The notes under the pieces are model-generated. The model did no database searches. It was not told the DNA's origin and saw only the letters and a program-made list of their open reading frames with translations. A stretch of DNA of 63,976 bases, filler included, from Reclinomonas americana ATCC 50394 (lineage: Eukaryota), in the NCBI GenBank assembly GCA_048213135.1. It is 12 parts of 9 records of this genome, joined end to end, with 100 filler letters (N's around TTAATTAATTAA, not from the genome) between each part and the next. Parts side by side here need not be neighbours in the genome. Positions count along the whole stretch, not along the records: positions 9,204 to 26,263 come from PS015852.1; positions 26,364 to 28,840 come from PS015852.1; positions 28,941 to 34,041 come from PS015852.1; positions 34,142 to 39,474 come from PS015853.1; 8 more parts are not named here. One strand, given 5' to 3'. The translations under genes and the position numbers were made by a program. Positions 26,028-37,224 of the stretch are shown here, piece after piece (positions within the stretch are counted from its first letter, which is position 1; every line of letters starts with the position of its first letter).

Positions 26028-26090
26028 CACGGGGGAAGGGGTGGGCGCCGCTAAGGTGATTGGGAGAAAGAGAGATGGAGAGAGAGAGGG

Positions 26091-26148
<58 letters not shown>

Positions 26149-26406
26149 TAGTAGTACGTAGTAGTAGTAAGTAACGTAACGTAACGTACGTACGTACGTA
26201 GTTACGTTACGTTTACGTTACGTACGTACGTACGTACGTACGTACGTACGTACGAGGAGACGTNNNNNNNNNNNNNNNNNNNNNNNNNNNNNNNNNNNNN
26301 NNNNNNNTTAATTAATTAANNNNNNNNNNNNNNNNNNNNNNNNNNNNNNNNNNNNNNNNNNNNTCACTCTCGTCGTCGTACGTCGTACGTGTGTACGTGA
26401 GAGAGG

Positions 26407-26449
<43 letters not shown>

Positions 26450-26606
26450 GTGGTTTCGAATCTGGAGAAGGTAATACCAATTGCCATGAATCGTTTTTTG
26501 ACTGGCGACTGAGCTTACAGAGGAGCAATGCTCGCAGGGTAATGAGTGTAAGGACGACGGGTGCCGAGTGACTGTTAGAGAAGAGTCCATCGCAGTGGTT
26601 GCGTAC

Positions 26607-26920
26607 AAAACGAAGAGAACGTTACCATGTGACTGCGAGACAAGCGTTGGGAAACTGTACATGCTACTTCTTTCACACCACCAAAATCACCAAAACGCAG
26701 AGAACTTTACCAGATGACTGTGAGGCAAGCGTTGGGAAACTGTTACTTCTCTCACACCACCACAATCACCAAAACAAAGAGAACGTGACCATATGACTGC
26801 GAGACAAGCGTTGGGAAACTGTTACTTCTTTACCACAATAACCAAAACGAAGAGAACATTACCATATGACTGCGAGACAAGCGTTGGGAAACTGTTGCTT
26901 TTCTCACACCACCACCATCA
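26607..26920. repeat. Four ~75-85 bp tandem units (core GACTGCGAGACAAGCGTTGGGAAACTGT)
   Basis: Core seen near 26631, 26716, 26795 and 26868; the intervening sequences are also mutually similar. Confidence 0.85.
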
Positions 26921-27160
26921 CCGTGTCAACAGCTTCCGCACCGGCCTGACTCAACTGCGCATCGCCCACGGATATCATGCATCCGGGACCGTATATGTTG
27001 ACACTTTGCCAAACAACACGAGAACACGCTGGGTGGTGTTGGCGTCGGAGAGAAAAGCATCCACCTCAGTCAACAGATCCGTCATCTTGTCTCTTGATGA
27101 CACATCACGATCCCGTGAACACAGCAGTGGAACATACATCTGCATGTCCTTGCGCACACT
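26919..27160 (-). pseudogene. Possible NACHT/STAND NTPase N-terminal fragment with degenerate Walker A
   Basis: MQMYVPLLCS…DLLTEVDAFLSDANTTQRVLVLFGK, then after a putative short intron AGAEAVDT. This resembles the Y(I/V)P…V.EFL…VLLL.G.AG.GKS pre-P-loop segment of NACHT proteins, but the GKS is absent. Confidence 0.35.
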
Positions 27161-27520
27161 TTCGTCATGTTAGTAGAACGACAGCTCACGCAACGGCAGT
27201 CCCTCCTCTAGCGCAAGCAACACCGGAAACGCTAAAGCCTACGTCGCGTGTCACACATTCTTCCGTGGTCGCACTTCTGTGCTGCTGTGCTGCACAACAA
27301 CAACAACATCTTCAGTTGATGTGTGTTCAGTCACTGCTCTATACGTTCAAATCAGAAGTGCTATACAACTAGAATTCGTTTTAATCTCTCTGTGTATCAC
27401 CACCGCGCGCCCAAACGTCGTCCGCTCGCCTCCGCTCGCCACACGTTATCTTCTGCACACATACACGCAAAACAGATTAATTCATTAGTCTCACTCCCTC
27501 AACAAACACACACAGCATCA

Positions 27521-29161
27521 TCACATGGTAGAGCACCTTGCCAGCGCCGACGAGGAGGCATCGGCAGCAACCCTCAGCAAACCACCCTTGCCCGGTGGAG
27601 CTGGCATGAATCCGGCGCGATGCCACGCCGACGCCATGGAAGCAATTGCCTCCTCCGGCACCGCATCCACATCGTACTCCAGCACCACAAACGCCCCGCG
27701 TGCCGACATGCCCGTCTCATCCAGTCGAAAATTGTTGGCCAACACCCCACCGTTCTCCCCGTTGAACATGTACAGACGCGAGGCGCCCGGCTTGTTGTTC
27801 TCGTTCTTGATCTTGCCGAGTCGCGCCACCACATCCAGTGCACGCCCGACGGTCCAGCCCCTGGCAAACTGCACCACCTGTGGTCGTGCATTCGAGCCAG
27901 CCGGGAAGACAACGGCGGCCAGGAACTTGTCGTCGGCCGTGGCATTCGGAGCCGCCATGTGTGGGTTGTAGCGATTGTTGGCGAAATCCAGTCGGTAGTT
28001 GAACTCGTTCACCTGCGCGTCGCCGCCACTCGTGCCCACGGAGCGCGATGGCGCAGGAAGAGGAGGAGGTGCTGCCGCCGAAGAGGAAGAAGTGGGAGGC
28101 AGGCCAACAGCCGAGCCTCCCAGTTTCCGCCCGCTGCCCAACAGCGGCACCTTGTGGTTGGCGGCCACCGTGGTCGCCCGTCGCGCCGCCGCCTGGTCCA
28201 CCTCCAGTGAGGGGCATGTGTGATCCGACGGCAGACGGTGCTTCACACAAAAGGGTTGTGCGCAGCCGGCGCACTTGATGGGCACATACAGTGCCTCGCC
28301 GCAGCGGGCGTGTGAGCAAGTGGCTTTGATGGATTCGGGGCGGGAGGAGACTTTGGGGCAGCCGCGGTTGATGTGGTCCTCGACCTGGGGAGGGAGAAGG
28401 GAGGGGAAGAGGAGGGTGAGGGGGGAAGGGAAAGAAGATGGAGGGGAGGGAGGGAGAGGGGGAGGAGAGGGAGGGAGGGGAGGGATTGCACAGCGATGCG
28501 AGTGGGAGCGAAGCAAAGAGAGTGAGAGCAATGCACAAAGAGAACGAATACATCATGAGTGACACGCAGAGCGAGAGCAATCCCTTCACACATCCCTTTG
28601 TCTATTCCCGCATCGACTCACCACCAAGTTAATGGCATCCTCGCCAGCCGCCGCCGCATACGCCAGCGTCTGCCCACACAGCGGGCATTCGGCGACTCGC
28701 CGCTGTCGCTCAGTGGCGTGCACACAATGATGCGCGTCCGGTGTGCGGTGCTCCAGGCAGTACGTGCCGCGACACAGGTCGCATGTGAAGGGGAGGAAGT
28801 CTGTGGGGAAGGGAGAGTGAGAAGGAGAAGGAGAAGGGGANNNNNNNNNNNNNNNNNNNNNNNNNNNNNNNNNNNNNNNNNNNNTTAATTAATTAANNNN
28901 NNNNNNNNNNNNNNNNNNNNNNNNNNNNNNNNNNNNNNNNGAGAGAGAGAGAGAGAGAGAGACCTGTCACAGACTCGCACACACAGAAAGCGAAGAAGGA
29001 AGACTGAAAGAGTGAGATTAAGAGGAGACGATGCACATGACAGAGAGACAGAGAGAAGAGAGATAGAGAGTGCAAGAGAGAGAGAGGAGTTGTCAGCACG
29101 CGCACTAACCGATTTGTTTGCAGTTGCGAAGGCCGCAGTGTGCGCCAATGTCCACTTCCAT
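27521..29161 (-). CDS. ZFAND1: AN1-type zinc-finger protein, ZFAND1/Cuz1-like (exons 29161-29110, 28800-28622, 28384-27521)
   Basis: MEVDIGAHCGLRNCKQI|DFLPFTCDLCRGTYCLEHRTPDAHHC (AN1); CPLC…HINRGC; second AN1 CSHARC…CAGCAQPFCVKHRLPSDHTC; UBL-like WTVGRALDVVARLGKIKNENNK…RLYMF. Splice phases are consistent. Confidence 0.85.
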
Positions 29162-30056
29162 GCTTACTTTCTTTGTTTAACACAAAACCTACGTGTGCGT
29201 GAGCTCGTCTTCGCTCAAAAGCTGTCAGATGATTGTTGGGATGAGAAAAGCTCGTTTTTAGCTTTTGTCCTGCTTTCATCGGAGCTGTCCTCCGAGATGC
29301 GGCGTGAAAATGTCGTGAAAATGTGTGAGGATTGCAGGCGGGGTCGCTGGAGCACGAGGTGAGCCGGTCGGTCCAAGTACAATGGAGTCGCGTGTCGATT
29401 GTGAATTCGAATGGCGCGAGGCAATTGCAGTTGCAGTTGCCGATCATGTCGCGACGTCGCATAATCGGACAGCATGCAGTCACCAAAGGGAGACCTGTAT
29501 TCTGGCGAGAACATTGGGCGAGACAAGCTGCAACTGCCGAAGTCACTCTCGATCTTGGAAAACGAAATGCAGGGACCCAAAGATCGTGGTTTCTCTTGCA
29601 GAAATTCGCGCATTAGCCATCTCGATTTTTTTCTCGTTTTCTCCGTGATGTCTGAGTTTCTGGTGCTTCCTCACCATGTAGCTGTTCCTGTTCGGGATAG
29701 TAAAGTTATTGTCGGTAAAGTTGTTGTTGTTTCTTGCAGGTTTTCTTCGAAACTTGCGATGCGTTATCGACCGGCAAGAATTGCAAGCCGTACAATGCAG
29801 GACGCTGCACGTACACGCCAGGAGATGGTCAGTCGAGCTCCGGCAATTGCCACGCTCATGATCAACACGACGAACAAAAAGTGCATTTTTCGCACGAAAT
29901 CGAATTCGAATTCGCGGTCCGCAAAGGCAAGTAGCACTCATACAGGCCATCTCATTCCGCAGTCTGCTCACTCCACTCGCCACACACGCAGGAAACACCA
30001 GTTTCGTGATCGATCGATCCGACCCAACGAATCAATCACCAATTACAATCTCGCGA

Positions 30057-30510
30057 ATGTGGCGGCACGCGCGCGCCACTGTGTGCCGACTCGCATCATC
30101 ATCTTTAGCACTCTCCGGACAACCGTTGCCACCGTTGTCGCCGCCGGTGTCGCTGTCGCTGTCGCTGCTGCTGAGCGGTTGCAGGAGATTTGGGACGACG
30201 ACACAACGGCTCTGCTTTAGCTCGTCGTCGTCGTCGCCTTCGCCATTGGCAGGTCAGTGTGTGTAGAAGGGAAAGAGAGAGAGAGAGAGAGAGAGTTGTG
30301 AGGAAAGGAGGATGAGAGAGTCACGTGACAACAGGAGGCATACTCAGAGATGCGTGAGAGAGAGAACAGACAAGGAAGACAGAAGAGAGACTCTGCGCTG
30401 CGCTGTCATCTCTCTCCTCTTCATCTCTCTCTCTCTCTCACACAGAACAGTCAAGGAAGAGAGAAGAGAGCACTCGCTCTCTCTGTGCTGCGCTCCCATC
30501 ACTCTCCCCT

Positions 30511-30565
<55 letters not shown>

Positions 30566-32444
30566 CACCACCACCACACACACACACACACTGAGAGAGA
30601 GGGAGATGAGAGAGTCACGACAGCAGGAACACACTGAGGATGTGTGTGTATGTGTTAGAGAGCGACACACACACACACACACACGCACACACGCGCTCAC
30701 ACAGAGAACAGTCAAGGAAGTGAGAAGAGAGTCTCACTCGCTCCTCTCTCTGTGCTGCGCTCCCATCTCTATCCCCTTCATCTCCCTCTCACCCTTTCAC
30801 CTTCTCCTTTTTCTCTTTCTCACGCAGCCGGCGGCCCCGCTCCCGGCTCCAACGCCCGTGTCATTGTGATCACCTCGGGCAAGGGCGGCGTCGGTAAGAG
30901 CACCACTGCCGCCTCCATATCATGGGGCCTGGCGAACCGTGGAAAGAAGACGGCAGTGATTGATTTTGACATTGGCTTGCGGTGAGTGCTGTCTCTCACG
31001 TTATCTCTGTGTCTTTCTCGCTCTGGGCGTGTTCATGTGTGCACCTCACTCTCGCAACGATTCTGTCTCTCCCACTCTTGTTCACTGTCTCTCCCATCTC
31101 TTCTCTGTTTCTCTCTTTCCTTCCCTTGTCTGTTCTCCCTCGCTCTTCCTCCCTCTCTGTCTCTATCTCTCTTCCCCCCTTCTCCTTATCCCTCCCTTTC
31201 CCTCCCTTCCTCCCTCTCACCCATCTTCCCTCTCATCCCCCCACAGCAACCTGGACCTGCATCTGGGCATGGAACGGCGTGTGGTCTTCGACTTTATCAA
31301 CGTTCTCCTCGGCGAGGCGTCGCTGTCGCAAGCGTTGGTGGCAGATCGTACCAACCCCAACTTGTATCTCCTCGCCGCCTCTCAAACCAAGGACAAGTCG
31401 TATCTCACGAGTGAGGTTGGTGTGATTGAGGGCGGAGAAAATCTCTCCTTTCTCTTGTCCACGTCCTTTTTTGTCTTCCTCTCGCTTCCTCTGTCACGCC
31501 AGTCTCCGCAGCATGACAAGGAGAGTAGGAGAACAGAGACGCCAGCCCTCTTTCATCACCTAGAGGCAGCGAGAAAGATTGAGAAGGCGGCTCATTACCT
31601 CAAGTCCGACTCAGTCCCTTTGTCTCCTCTTCCACCTCCGATGCTCTGAGCAAGAGCAGCACGCACAGGCACAGCAGTCATTCTCAATCCTCCTCTTCCT
31701 TCTCCCTTCCGCCCCTCTCCTCCTTTCTTCTCCCTTTCCCCTCTCCTCATCCTTTCCCCTCTATTCGCAGGGCGTGGCCACCGTCATCGGCGACATGCGA
31801 AAATCATTCGACTTTATCATCTGCGACTCGCCCGCCGGCATCGAAAACGGCGCCTTTCAGGCCATGCAATTCGCCGACGAGGCAGTCGTGTGCACCAACC
31901 CCGAGGTGTCGAGTGTGCGCGACAGTGACAAGATGATTGGACTAATCGGAAGGTACATCCTTCTCTTATTCACTCTCTCTCTCTTTTCCCCTTTGCTCAC
32001 CTTATCCACCCCAGCAAATCGTGGCGAGCGGTGGCCAAACTACCGCCCGTGAAGATGCACCTGCTGGTCACGCGCTTCAATGCGGAACGGGCGGCCGCCG
32101 AAAGCATGCTGGACTACAAGGACATTGAGGAGCTGCTGAATATCCCACTTCTCGGCGTCATTCCCGAGTCCACCGAGGTAACGTGTGTCGGGAGGGGCAC
32201 AGCCAGGCGGAAGGTTCACGTCCTGATGCGTGTGTGTCTGTCGCAGATTCTGGAAAGCACCAACCTCGGCCGGCCTGTCATTAGTCGACCGGCGCCACCA
32301 AATAGTCCGGGTGGTCGCGCAGCTGGAGCATACGCAGATGTGGTCGCACGATTGCTGGGAGAGAATGTTCCGCTGCGATTTACGGATATTGAGCCGAAGC
32401 CAGGAGTGTCTCCACGAGGCATCCTCTCTCGCTTCTTCAAGTGA
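30057..32444 (+). CDS. minD: Septum site-determining ATPase MinD, nuclear-encoded with N-terminal presequence (exons 30057-30252, 30828-30981, 31247-31415, 31771-31952, 32015-32177, 32247-32444)
   Basis: [21 protein letters not shown] (deviant Walker A), [65 protein letters not shown] and C-terminal membrane helix GILSRFFK*. All five introns are GT-AG and phase-compatible. Confidence 0.95.
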
Positions 32445-32578
32445 CGTGAGAGAGAGTAAACGAACACAAGTGTACATGAGATTGTTTGACGGCAGGGAGT
32501 TGGATTCTGCGCAGGGAATGGGATGCTTTGCTGCGCTGGTACGCAGATGGATACCGCAGAGAGCACATTGCTTTCGTT

Positions 32579-33570
32579 GCGCAGAGTACTGGCGTGCACT
32601 GGCTGCTCTGCGCAGTGTACTGGCGTGCACTGGCTGCTCTGCGCAGTGTACTGGCGTGCACTGGCTGCTCTGCGCAGTGTACTGGCGTGCACTGGCTGCT
32701 CTGCGCAGTGTACTGGCGTGCACTGCTTCCCTGCGCCGTGTACTGGCGTGCACTGCTGTCCTGCCTNNNNNNNNNNNNNNNNNNNNNNNNNNNNNNNNNN
32801 NNNNNNNNNNNNNNNNNNNNNNNNNNNNNNNNNNNNNNNNNNNNNNNNNNNNNNNNNNNNNNNNNNNNNNNNNNNNNNNNNNNNNNNNNNNNNNNNNNNN
32901 NNNNNNNNNNNNNNNNNNNNNNNNNNNNNNNNNNNNNNNNNNNNNNNNNNNNNNNNNNNNNNNNNNNNNNNNNNNNNNNNNNNNNNNNNNNNNNNNNNNN
33001 NNNNNNNNNNNNNNNNNNNNNNNNNNNNNNNNNNNNNNNNNNNNNNNNNNNNNNNNNNNNNNNNNNNNNNNNNNNNNNNNNNNNNNNNNNNNNNNNNNNN
33101 NNNNNNNNNNNNNNNNNNNNNNNNNNNNNNNNNNNNNNNNNNNNNNNNNNNNNNNNNNNNNNNNNNNNNNNNNNNNNNNNNNNNNNNNNNNNNNNNNNNN
33201 NNNNNNNNNNNNNNNNNNNNNNNNNNNNNNNNNNNNNNNNNNNNNNNNNNNNNNNNNNNNNNNNNNNNNNNNNNNNNNNNNNNNNNNNNNNNNNNNNNNN
33301 NNNNNNNNNNNNNNNNNNNNNNNNNNNNNNNNNNNNNNNNNNNNNNNNNNNNNNNNNNNNNNNNNNNNNNNNNNNNNNNNNNNNNNNNNNNNNNNNNNNN
33401 NNNNNNNNNNNNNNNNNNNNNNNNNNNNNNNNNNNNGTGTACTGGCTGTTCTGCGCAGTGTACTGGCGTGCACTGGCTGTTCTGCGCAGAGTACTGGCGT
33501 GCCCTGCTGTTCTGCGCAGTGTACTGGCGTGCACTGCTGTTCTGTGCAGTGTACTGGCGTGCACTGCTTA
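32579..33570. repeat. 31-bp tandem repeat (GTGTACTGGCGTGCACTGGCTGCTCTGCGCA)n spanning an N gap
   Basis: Units visible at 32579-32766 and 33438-33570; translations cycle every 31 aa (3 units). Confidence 0.9.
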
Positions 33571-33740
33571 CTGTTGCGCCGCGCATCCCACTCCGTCATC
33601 GGACCCAGCGCATGGAAGAGTAACGAAAGAACACAGTGTACATGAATTGCTTTTTTGACCCTCGCTGACCACACGCAACAGCACTCCACACGTGCCATGA
33701 GGAGGCCGGAGGCACGGCATTCCCAGCGATTCCATCACAT

Positions 33741-33845
33741 CTACTGCTTTTGAGCCTCCTGAATCACAATCAAGGTGAAGTCCTTGTCTGGCGCCACCAT
33801 GATTTCGTCAGTCTTGCTTCGCAGCCGCAGGAAAGTGAGATCGTT
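33741..33845 (-). CDS. DYNLRB: Dynein light chain roadblock/LC7, last exon
   Basis: [37 protein letters not shown] matches the roadblock C-terminus ([20 protein letters not shown]). Upstream exons are lost in the gap. Confidence 0.9.
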   Translation of the reverse strand, partial: NDLTFLRLRSKTDEIMVAPDKDFTLIVIQEAQKQ

Positions 33846-33910
33846 CTGCGGGTGGAATGAGTAGTGGGATTGCGATCAAGCTAAAGGCGTGTGGGGTCTC
33901 GCTGTGTCGC

Positions 33911-34041
33911 CCAATGAGTCTCGCTACCGCTCAAGAGTCTCGCTACCGCTCAAGAGTCTCGCTACCGCCCAATGAGTCTCGCTACCGCTCAAGAGTCTCG
34001 CTACCGCTCAAGAGTCTCGCTACCGCCCAATGAGTCTCGCT
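33911..34041. repeat. 19/20-bp minisatellite (CAA[T]GAGTCTCGCTACCGCY) with a 20-19-19 higher-order period
   Basis: Seven units visible before the N gap. Confidence 0.9.
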
Positions 34042-34197
34042 NNNNNNNNNNNNNNNNNNNNNNNNNNNNNNNNNNNNNNNNNNNNTTAATTAATTAANNN
34101 NNNNNNNNNNNNNNNNNNNNNNNNNNNNNNNNNNNNNNNNNGGACATGTGAGTCAACAGGCTGGGAGAATCTTGCACCCCACTGATAATCAACGCAC

Positions 34198-37174
34198 GTT
34201 CTTCTAAAGTTATTGCTCCGTGGGCCAGTAATCGCGCTCAGCCAGTGGTGATCGGCGAGCAACCGGTCGCCAATGTTGTGACCGATCTTGCGCAGCGTGG
34301 AGCGCGAACGAATCTGGTACATGACCTTGGTCACCAGCGCCCTGAAGCGAGCAATGGCGGCCAGGTGTCTCTTGATCTCACTGCGCTCCTCCGCTGCGCA
34401 AGGTGGATGAGACAAAAAAACAGAGAATGTTCGACTCACGCGATAAGCAAGTCACTCTCTCACCAGTGAGACCTGAGAGCACGTGGAACGGAAGTTTCTC
34501 CGCCTCTTCCTTCAGCTTCATGTCGCTCTTCTTGCCGACCGACGATGTCTTCTTGGCAGTGGCCGGTGAGTCGATGCGATCAATGGCCACCGAGAGTGCA
34601 CCGACAGCCGGAGACGCCAGAGGCAGACCCGTACCACGAGTCTGTGCGGAAACGCCGACGCCAGCGGCAGAACTAGCACCACCCAGAGTGTTGTTGTTGT
34701 TGCCATCCTTCTCGCCAACATCTTCGTCGTCTGCAAAGTCGCCCAGCTTGTTGTCCACGTCATCATTGCCGGTTGCAGACACGTAGACGGCTGACGAGCG
34801 ACGACGTTTTGAGAAATATTGACTCGCACACATACACACAGAGAGAGAGAGAGGAGAGATGAGGAAGAACGGATACTGCCGCCTGAGTCGACTTAGATGT
34901 CACCTATTCTCTCTCACTCTTCGCCCTCCTCTCTCTAAACACAGTGCAACACAACACAAACCTCCGGGCAGCTGTGGCGCCGAGAAGGTGACCGTGGTGG
35001 TGGTGACAATCGTGGCACCGTCGGTGAGGCGCTCGGCCACTGCGTTCTCCACGCGTTGCTGTTCCGCCAGTCGCAGCATGACGTGCCGCAGCGACCAGGC
35101 GCCACGGAACTTGAGTAGCTCGTCATTGCGCTGCGGGGGAAGGTAAAGTGAGAAAGAGAAGAAAGAAGATAATGGAGAAGGGAACGAGTTGAACTACAAC
35201 AGCAACAACAACAACCGAGAAGACAACATAGCAAGAGGGAGGTGAAAAAGAAAAATCACGTAAAGGAAGCAGACAGTGAAGACGGGGATAAAGAAGGTGG
35301 AGCAAGAGGAGAAGAAAGAGAGGAAGAGAAGAAGTAGCAGAAGAAGAAGGAGGACGAGGAGGAGAAGATGAAGAAGAAGATATTGGAGGAGGACTGGGGC
35401 ACCAAACAGCATTCAGAAGGAGGCACTACTGCACTCAATCGTTCGCCAAAAAGAGGCGAGAGAACCATCCACCTCCCTCTCTTCATCCTCCTCCTCCTCA
35501 TCATTTTTCCTCCCTCTCCTTGTCCGTGCAGCATTCAGAATGAGGCACTGCTGCACTCAATCGTTCGCCAACAAGAGGCAAGAGAATCATCCACCTCCCT
35601 TTCTTCATCCTCTTCCTCCTTGTTTTCTTGCTCCTTCTCCTTGTACGTGCTGCTTCCATTTCAACTGTTTCTGCATCTTCTGCGATTCCATCTACTTCTT
35701 GTCCTTGTTCTTCTCCTCCCCCTTTCTCTCTCCCTCTCTTCTGCTTCTTCCTCATTCTCCTTCCTCCCCTTCCTCTTTTTCCTTCATCTGTTTCTGTTTA
35801 CGCCTCATTCTTCTTCTTGTTGTTGTTCTTCTTCTCCCTCCTCCCTTCCTCAATCTGATTCGTCCTCTTCTTCTTTTCCCTCTCCCTCCCCCTTCCCCCT
35901 TCCTATCGCCCCCTTCCCATCATCACACGAACCTGATCGAGAAGGTCTCGCGCAATCAACATCTTCACAAAGAACCTCCGAATCAATCCATCTGCAGTAG
36001 GGACAAATATCGTGAGCATCCACCTCATCGCACTCCGCATCCAGTCTCTCATCAAACACCATTGCGCTTGTCAAGCAAATACACAATGATCCAGGCGACA
36101 ATGTACACGCCAAAGATTCCTGCGCACACAAGTGAGTGGCTCTGCGAGATGGCACGAGGTTTGCGGCACTTGACACGCACCCCAGATCGTGAACGCCACC
36201 GGCGACACAAGAATGCCACTCTCCAACAGAGCGGCAATGTTGGCAGGACTGCGTGACAATGAGCAAGCAGTGCCGGTAAGCAAAAAGGATCGTTCAAACT
36301 CAACACACCTCACAAAAGTGAACTGGATGAGGAACACGGCCTCGAGATCCACAGAAAAATCGGTAAAGTGATTGCATTCGCACACCACTGCACAGAAATA
36401 ATGTTAAAGGGGTCACGCAGATTGCGGGAAAAGCGAAGTAACATACCACCTGTGGCGACACGTGTGAGTTTAGTGATTGACAATGAAAATGCTCAACACA
36501 ATCTCGCGCAACTGGTGACATTCGTGGATCCTCCGGGAACCTGCGTCCACTCTCAGTGTCAGTGACATGCAGAGAATGCGTTCCAAGGCAAATGATCCAC
36601 CTTGAGCAGTGTTGAACATCCCGTCTCCATCCAGTCACCAACAGTAGAATCCCAGTACACGCACAATCCGAGACTCTGCGGCCCAGTAAGAAGCACAGTG
36701 TTAATCACTTACACATCGGCAAAAAATGTCACCGCGGCGTACCCTTGGATTCAAGACTGCGCGGCAACACTAATGATCAGTAACAATCTCATTAATTTTT
36801 CTCACATGCACAGGAACGCAACTCGTCGCTCGAGGAAGACTGGGATCGGTCAATCCAGAGCGCACATCATAGAAGAGACCGCCAGCTGCGCGATACTCGC
36901 GCCAGTCGGCACTCGACGAGAACACGGGCTCCGCACTACGCAGCCGGCGTGTGTTCGGGCAAATGTTGCTGACATCCACGAGGCGAGTGTCGGGGTACAC
37001 GGTGATCTTGGTGGTGTTGCTGGTGCGCGTGCCACAGTTCTCCGCGTACTCCAGGAGCAGTTGCTGGAGAAGGCAAAGGGAGGGAGAGGAAATGGGAGAG
37101 GGAGGGAGTCAGGGAGGGAGGGAGTGACAGGGAGGGAGGAGGGGGAAGGGAAAGAGGGGGGTGGAGGCAAGAGG

Positions 37175-37224
<50 letters not shown>

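Noticed and set aside
26146..26263. TACG/ACGT-rich runs at contig ends (also ~6348, 39575, 45680, 45956)
   Set aside because: They match the 454 TACG flow order and occur only beside gaps after microsatellites: read-end noise, not a motif.
26607..26920. CRISPR-like spacing of a ~28-bp core (also the 31-bp and 19/20-bp arrays)
   Set aside because: Intervening sequences are similar to each other or absent, there are no cas genes, and the context is eukaryotic.
30828..32444. minD as bacterial contamination or a prokaryotic operon
   Set aside because: It has five canonical introns and host-like intron repeats, with no adjacent minC or minE.
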